Below, one piece after another: positions 58,376-64,000 of a stretch of 64,000 bases of DNA. Origin of the DNA: an uncultured virus (IMG/VR IMGVR_UViG_3300044972_000796) (Duplodnaviria; Heunggongvirae; Uroviricota; Caudoviricetes); the IMG/VR virus record IMGVR_UViG_3300044972_000796. One strand, given 5' to 3'. The notes beneath the pieces were generated by a model. The model did not search any database and was not told the origin of the DNA. It saw nothing but the letters and a program-made list of their open reading frames with translations. Every line of letters begins with the position of its first letter. The first letter of the stretch is position 1. A program made the translations under genes and the position numbers.

Positions 58376-58936
58376 ATGTACAATTTTATACGTCATATCA
58401 CGCTAAACGAGGGTAAAACACCTAAGACATTGGTGCAGACTAAACTACCGTATGCCAAGGATGAATTGGAGCCTAGCAAAAGCAAAGACTCCATCGACTA
58501 CCATTATGGCAAGTTATACAAAGGCTACGTCACTAGATTTAACGACGGAGAAGGTGATGCTGACTTTAATGAAGCGGGAGCGTTTTTACACAACTTGTAC
58601 TTTACCCAGTTCCAAAAACCCACTAGTTCAAATGAACCCGACGGCTCGGCAGGCGAATTCATTACAAAGCATTACAAAACATTTGACAAGTTCAAAGATG
58701 AATTTGAAAAAACAGCCATGAAGATCCAAGGTAGTGGGTGGGCATATCTAGCTAGGGACGGTTCTATCAAAACTATTAAAAATCACGAAGTCAAACAGGA
58801 CATTGTTCTGTTAGTGGATTGGTGGGAACATGCCTTTCAAGGCGACTATGGTAGTGATAAAAAGTCATACCTCAAAAATCAATGGAAAATTATCAACTGG
58901 AATGTAATTAGTGCTAGAGTTGGTCTAGAGTCTTAA
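58376..58936 (+). CDS. sod: Fe/Mn superoxide dismutase
   Basis: LPY...LEP, YHY, FLHNLYF, GSGW, DWWEHAF. Confidence 0.88.
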   Translation: MYNFIRHITLNEGKTPKTLVQTKLPYAKDELEPSKSKDSIDYHYGKLYKGYVTRFNDGEGDADFNEAGAFLHNLYFTQFQKPTSSNEPDGSAGEFITKHYKTFDKFKDEFEKTAMKIQGSGWAYLARDGSIKTIKNHEVKQDIVLLVDWWEHAFQGDYGSDKKSYLKNQWKIINWNVISARVGLES

Positions 58937-59201
58937 GGCTACTAACAGGCATATCCCAAACGTGGCGTCGCTCGACGCCTTTTTCTTGGGCAAATCTTTT
59001 TGCATCACAATTTCCGCAAACATGATAAAAATTATTGTTTAGACGTTTTGGATCCATTGATCCTTTTTCTCGTTTAAATTCTGCCCCACAGCTGTCACAT
59101 CGAAATATAATCATAGTCTTTTTACGGCTATATGTATGCATAGTACCATTTTTACTGGGACGTTCGTAGTTTGTAATCACATATTCGGTTTGAATTAGCA
59201 T
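58914..59201 (-). CDS. zinc-ribbon hypothetical protein
   Basis: CDSC ... HVCGNC; TAAATA 5 nt upstream. Confidence 0.7.
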   Translation of the reverse strand: MLIQTEYVITNYERPSKNGTMHTYSRKKTMIIFRCDSCGAEFKREKGSMDPKRLNNNFYHVCGNCDAKRFAQEKGVERRHVWDMPVSSLKTLDQL

Positions 59202-59261
59202 AAATGTATTTACATTAAGGTTACAAAACGCCTTTGATAAATATCATATCGAGGGCATAAT

Positions 59262-59585
59262 GTGATAACAATTTCCGAATCAGCAAAAGTAAAAATCAAA
59301 GATCTTCTCCTTGAAGAAAACAATCCCAAACTAGCATTGCGCACATTTGTACAAGGCGGAGGCTGTAGCGGTTTTAGCTATGGTTTTACATTTGACGAAG
59401 AAATAAACGAGGACGATTTTGAAGTCCCGCTAGACGAATTTAAGGTACTTGTGGATGCAATGAGTATGCAATATCTATCGGGTGCAGAAATAGATTATAA
59501 AGAAGATCTACAAGGTAGTTCATTCAGCATAAAGAATCCCAACGCACAAACTACGTGCGGCTGCGGTTCTAGCTTTGGAGTTTAA
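59262..59585 (+). CDS. erpA: A-type Fe-S carrier (ErpA/IscA/HesB)
   Basis: GGGCSGFSY ... [14 protein letters not shown]. Confidence 0.92.
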   Translation: MITISESAKVKIKDLLLEENNPKLALRTFVQGGGCSGFSYGFTFDEEINEDDFEVPLDEFKVLVDAMSMQYLSGAEIDYKEDLQGSSFSIKNPNAQTTCGCGSSFGV

Positions 59586-59587
59586 TA

Positions 59588-62500
59588 ATGACACAAAAAA
59601 TAATTGATATTGGTATTCAAGGCAATGACGGTACTGGTGACAGTATCCGTGAATCGTTTCGTAAGGTTAATGAAAACTTTACAGAAATGTATGCTATTTT
59701 TGGTGCGGGCGGCACCATTAATTTTACCAACTTAGGAGATACTCCTGCTAGTTACCTCGGTAGTCAAATCATCATGGCCAGTGTACTCGGTGATAGACTT
59801 ACTGCTAGAACTCTTGTTGAAGGAAATGGCATTGCTATCGATACAGATAGTAGCAATAGCACAGTTACTATTAGTGCAACTACTCAGGGTCTTAACAGTG
59901 ATGTAGCTGGAACTGGTTTAGCAGGGCATTTAAATTCTAATACGTTTACAATTGGCAGTCTGAGTGATCCTACCGCTGCTGTTGCGGCTCTGTATGAGGG
60001 TGTGTTTCCAAATTCCGTTAATACATTACCACCTGGTCGAACTACGCAAGATCAACTAGTAATGACAAAGGGTTACGCAGATCGTAACTATGTTGCTAGT
60101 TTTGAAGGCACTATTGTTGATGCATTAAAATCTAGGCCTGAGCCGCTGACACCTGAATTAACTAATCCAGACTACGATCCAACACTTACAAGCAATTATC
60201 TATCAACTGAAGTGATGCAACGTAAGGATGTGGTGTATCGCGGTGGTGACACTATGACAGGAACACTAAATCTAAGTGACCATCCTGGTGCAGCCGCAGG
60301 AACAGGCACTCCTAACGGGTCAGATGATTTGCAGGCGGCCAGCAAGTATTATGTTGACAACAAAACATTTACCAGCAATGTAAACTTATACGTGTCAGCA
60401 GCAAGCGGTGACGACAGCCAAGCTAGAACACCCAATGGTAAGGAAGGCAGATTTTGGCAGTATGCTTACAAAACTGTTGGTACGGCTGCTTTGCAAGCTG
60501 AGAATTTAATTGAACTTGCCAGTATAGAACCTGGGCCATACAAACAACGAATTGCATATACAGTGGGTCCGGATCAAACTCAAACAACTATAGACAGTGT
60601 AGTGTTGTCGGGTGGGAATTCTGGCATTGCTGGATACCAAGATGCTGCTGATTTACTAACACTGAATAAAACATTTATTCAAGCAGAAACTATTGCTTAC
60701 TTGAATAAAAAATATGTAAACGCCATTGTAATTGACGAAACATTGTACACTGAAATTATAACAAAAGTCATCGACGGAGTTGGTTATGATTTAGTTGTAG
60801 CGTCTGACTATAATTCAATTACTGTTGCTTCAAACTTATTCGAAGCACGATATTTGGCTGTGTTAACTGAACAACAGACTCAAGTACTAGATGCTATTGA
60901 TCGTATAAGAAATACCATTTTAGATTACAATTACGATTCCACTGCAACTGAAAACTATATTGGTATGGTGCTTGATGCATTGGGATACGATTTAGTATTC
61001 CAAGGATCGTTTCAAAGTTTACAAACAGGCTTGGCGTTTAATCAATACGCTACTGATTTAAGTACTGATGAAATTACAGCAGTGATTTCTAACCTTGGTG
61101 CAACTTTATTAACATATCCTAGTATAACAGTTTCACCCAATGCGATAGCCTCAATTACTGCCAATATTGCAGCAATCAATGCTACAATAATTAATAATTC
61201 AATAACAGTTAGTGCAAATACATTCCCAGATCAAACTAGCACATCTGACGGCTTAACAAGTGCTAAACAATTACTGCTTACTAATATTCCATTTATACAG
61301 GCAGAAATTATTGCATACTTACAGTCTAACTATCCAGATACATCTTACAGTAAAACTACATGCCAGCGTGATGTCAAGTATATTACATGGGCATTAGTTT
61401 ATGATTTAATGTACAGTGGAGATCAACAAAGTTCGTATGCCGGTTCTCAGTACCGTCTTAGCGGGCAATTACAAATCCAAGAGTATGAATTAGAAGCCAC
61501 ACTGTCTGCTATTGGATATATCAACACGTTAGCACAGGCCATTATTAATAATGATGCTCCAGCGTTAGTCTATCAAACAAGTTTTAGACAATATACCAAT
61601 GAAACACTAGTGGATGGTAACGAAGCGTCTGCTAGTATTGCCGCAAATGTCGCTACTGTACAATATATTATTACCAATATAGGGCCAGCACATGTTGTAA
61701 CATATCCTGATATTACTGGAACTTCTTCAGTATTGCAAATTGCAAGAACTGCATTTACCAGTTCAGGAGCAAAAACAACATTAAAAGCGGCTGCAATTGA
61801 TTTTATTGACACTAATCCAGATTTTTCAATATTAAACAATCCAACTGTGAATGCAGTTGTTAATTCAAGATTTGATGCTATTGAAAGTATTATTAATTTA
61901 GGAGTGTCTACAAGGTCAGTTCCCAACTATACATATCCATCGGGACTGATTAGCGGCTACCGTCATGCACAGGCTGCAATTGATGCCAACATTTCATTCA
62001 TAGTAGAAGACTCGTATGCATTTGGTATTGCAACAAATCCAAGTTTTATACCATATGACGGAGTTGTTGCATTTAAAAGAAGATTAAGTTATTTCCTAGA
62101 AGCGTTGATGTACGACATTACCTATGGTGGAAACAGTGCCACAGTTGCAGCGGCGCAGGCATATTGGATTGGCAACACTTCAATATTAACAACTAATGAG
62201 CAAACTATCACTGTATCAATTCTCAATCAGTTGGAAACAGTCACTACATTTGTTGTGGCCAACACATCAGTTACTAATCCATCAACTGGCAATTTTATTG
62301 CAACCACAGGAGCAAGTGGCGACGGTGTACATGCAACTATAACATTTGCTGACCAAGGTTCTGCACCATATACTGTGGGACAAGTTATTACCATAACAGG
62401 TATGACACCGTCTGGATATAACGGATATTATACTGTAACTGGTTGCACAGCAACTAGTGTGTCTTGGGCTAGCGCCGTAACTGGAAGTCAGACAGTTGCT

Positions 62501-64000
62501 GGCAAGATTACCAAGCAAGTGCAAAGCATATCGTGGACTGGTGGTGCGGCAGCTCCGGTTGGAGTATTATTAAATGCAGTGATTGATATCATAGCAAATA
62601 ATACTGCTACGGCTAAAACATATCCTGTATTAACGTCTTACGATAGTGATTTAACGTCAGCAAGAACAATTATACAATCTAATCGTTCAATGATCACCAG
62701 CGATATTATTGATTATTTGAAGGCAACTTACAAAGGTGGATTTAATTATAACGAAGCCACGTGTTATAGAGATGTTGGATATATTATAGACGGCATGAGT
62801 ATTGATATTTTAACAGGTGGAAATTATCAAACTGTTACTGCTGGTAAAAGTTATTACAAAAGTGCCAGTGCTAGGCTGGCTATCACAACACAGTTGACAG
62901 AAACAATCGATGGTATCACATTTGCTAAAAATCTTGCATTACAGGTTTTAAATAAAACAGATGCCACACGTTATCAAACATTAGTTACACAGAATTTTGG
63001 CGTTGGATTATCGCCGGCGGCCGGCGCAATCACACTGCTTGGCAATAATATGAATACTATTCTTAGTATCATTAACAACGGTATAGGTTCTGCACCAGCT
63101 GCAAGTTTTGGTACTGGAATTTATACAGTTACATTTGGCAACGGTGGAAACAATTATGTGGATCAAGGATCACCGGGTTCAGTTCATATTATACCTGGAA
63201 AAATCCTTATTGGTGGAACTTCAAATGCAGCCGGTGTCATTGTAAAATATCTACCAGGTTCAGGTGCAAGTGTTGACTCAATACAAGTTCGATTGACAAA
63301 ACCAGGATTTTTTGTTGAGAACGAAAATCTAGACTTTGGCGAAACTGTTAAAGACTTGAACATTACAATTTTTGTGGAAAGTGGAATCTATCTCGAAGAC
63401 TATCCAATTAGATTATCTGCCAACTGTAGCATTAAAGGTGACGAATTCCGCAGGACTATCATACGTCCAATAGATAGAGTTAGTCAAAGCCCGTGGCGTA
63501 AAATATTCTTTTATAGAGATAGCATTATCGATGCTATGGAAATTGGAGTTATTGATACCAATATTGACTATAGTACTGCCACTAGTCTTACGATAAGTGG
63601 AACAACTGGAAAAATCATTGCAACACTGGGAAGTGGTCAAGCTCCTAACAGTTGGATTGGAAAAGTTATCCAAGACAATACTGCTGTGACTCCAGGCAAG
63701 GCTGTCATTGACAGCATTAGTGGTAACACTATGAATTGTAGTGTTATCTACCCATTTGCTGCAAAAGTAACTTACGCAAGCGGTAACTGGAATCTATATG
63801 GCACTAAAGATTACGGCCGACACTATTTGGTAGATCCTCTGGATATCAACAGTGTTGCTAAAAATAATCGAGACATCGATGTCATGCTGTGTGGTGATGC
63901 TAGTAGAATTAGTAATATTACTTTCCAAGGTCACGGTGGCTTTGCCATGGTGTTGGATCCAGAAGGCCAAATTAAAACTAAATCACCGTATGGACAAGTA
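59588..64000 (+). CDS. giant virion structural protein (baseplate/tail-like), 3'-truncated, at least 1471 aa
   Basis: N-terminus IDIGIQGNDGTGDSIRESFRKVNENF (T4 gp9/gp10-like). The same frame reads ...PEGQIKTKSPYGQV at the window end. Probably absent from the ORF track because no stop is reached. Confidence 0.85.
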   Translation, partial: MTQKIIDIGIQGNDGTGDSIRESFRKVNENFTEMYAIFGAGGTINFTNLGDTPASYLGSQIIMASVLGDRLTARTLVEGNGIAIDTDSSNSTVTISATTQGLNSDVAGTGLAGHLNSNTFTIGSLSDPTAAVAALYEGVFPNSVNTLPPGRTTQDQLVMTKGYADRNYVASFEGTIVDALKSRPEPLTPELTNPDYDPTLTSNYLSTEVMQRKDVVYRGGDTMTGTLNLSDHPGAAAGTGTPNGSDDLQAASKYYVDNKTFTSNVNLYVSAASGDDSQARTPNGKEGRFWQYAYKTVGTAALQAENLIELASIEPGPYKQRIAYTVGPDQTQTTIDSVVLSGGNSGIAGYQDAADLLTLNKTFIQAETIAYLNKKYVNAIVIDETLYTEIITKVIDGVGYDLVVASDYNSITVASNLFEARYLAVLTEQQTQVLDAIDRIRNTILDYNYDSTATENYIGMVLDALGYDLVFQGSFQSLQTGLAFNQYATDLSTDEITAVISNLGATLLTYPSITVSPNAIASITANIAAINATIINNSITVSANTFPDQTSTSDGLTSAKQLLLTNIPFIQAEIIAYLQSNYPDTSYSKTTCQRDVKYITWALVYDLMYSGDQQSSYAGSQYRLSGQLQIQEYELEATLSAIGYINTLAQAIINNDAPALVYQTSFRQYTNETLVDGNEASASIAANVATVQYIITNIGPAHVVTYPDITGTSSVLQIARTAFTSSGAKTTLKAAAIDFIDTNPDFSILNNPTVNAVVNSRFDAIESIINLGVSTRSVPNYTYPSGLISGYRHAQAAIDANISFIVEDSYAFGIATNPSFIPYDGVVAFKRRLSYFLEALMYDITYGGNSATVAAAQAYWIGNTSILTTNEQTITVSILNQLETVTTFVVANTSVTNPSTGNFIATTGASGDGVHATITFADQGSAPYTVGQVITITGMTPSGYNGYYTVTGCTATSVSWASAVTGSQTVAGKITKQVQSISWTGGAAAPVGVLLNAVIDIIANNTATAKTYPVLTSYDSDLTSARTIIQSNRSMITSDIIDYLKATYKGGFNYNEATCYRDVGYIIDGMSIDILTGGNYQTVTAGKSYYKSASARLAITTQLTETIDGITFAKNLALQVLNKTDATRYQTLVTQNFGVGLSPAAGAITLLGNNMNTILSIINNGIGSAPAASFGTGIYTVTFGNGGNNYVDQGSPGSVHIIPGKILIGGTSNAAGVIVKYLPGSGASVDSIQVRLTKPGFFVENENLDFGETVKDLNITIFVESGIYLEDYPIRLSANCSIKGDEFRRTIIRPIDRVSQSPWRKIFFYRDSIIDAMEIGVIDTNIDYSTATSLTISGTTGKIIATLGSGQAPNSWIGKVIQDNTAVTPGKAVIDSISGNTMNCSVIYPFAAKVTYASGNWNLYGTKDYGRHYLVDPLDINSVAKNNRDIDVMLCGDASRISNITFQGHGGFAMVLDPEGQIKTKSPYGQV

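Noticed and set aside
61573..63673. Three minus-strand ORFs
   Set aside because: Shadows of the giant plus-strand structural gene starting at 59588.
1..64000. Stop-codon recoding
   Set aside because: Genes are intact in the standard code, TAG and TGA terminate recognisable genes (e.g. clpP, ligase), and no suppressor tRNA is seen.

Overview
This is a 64-kb AT-rich segment of a large T4-like tailed phage genome using the standard genetic code, with no integrase, transposase or CRISPR array. Evidence for the assignment is perfect sigma70-type early promoters, T4-late-like TAAATA boxes, an ATP-dependent DNA ligase, and tail-fibre/baseplate genes. From left to right it holds: (1) a tRNA cluster (Gly, Pro, Ala, fMet, Arg, Val, Cys) interleaved with an RNA polymerase omega homologue; (2) an array of four covarying RNA stem units, the first carrying a circularly permuted tRNA-like domain, directly upstream of a DUF2828 (Ro60/TROVE-vWA-like) gene, which is the most interesting locus and a candidate Y-RNA-like/Ro-like system; (3) kinase and phosphatase genes; (4) a large tailoring-enzyme island (radical SAM, 2OG-Fe(II) oxygenase, SGNH, sulfotransferase, methyltransferase, PLP enzyme, QueC-like); (5) a 118-nt tRNA-like RNA with an expanded anticodon loop; (6) early genes (IF1, ParB-like + HNH, lipoproteins, ClpP, ligase, MazG-like, BI-1); (7) a sugar-nucleotide island; (8) QueD, UV endonuclease, SOD and ErpA/IscA; and (9) the first 4.4 kb of a giant virion protein. 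All product calls come from motif recognition by eye; no database searches were run.
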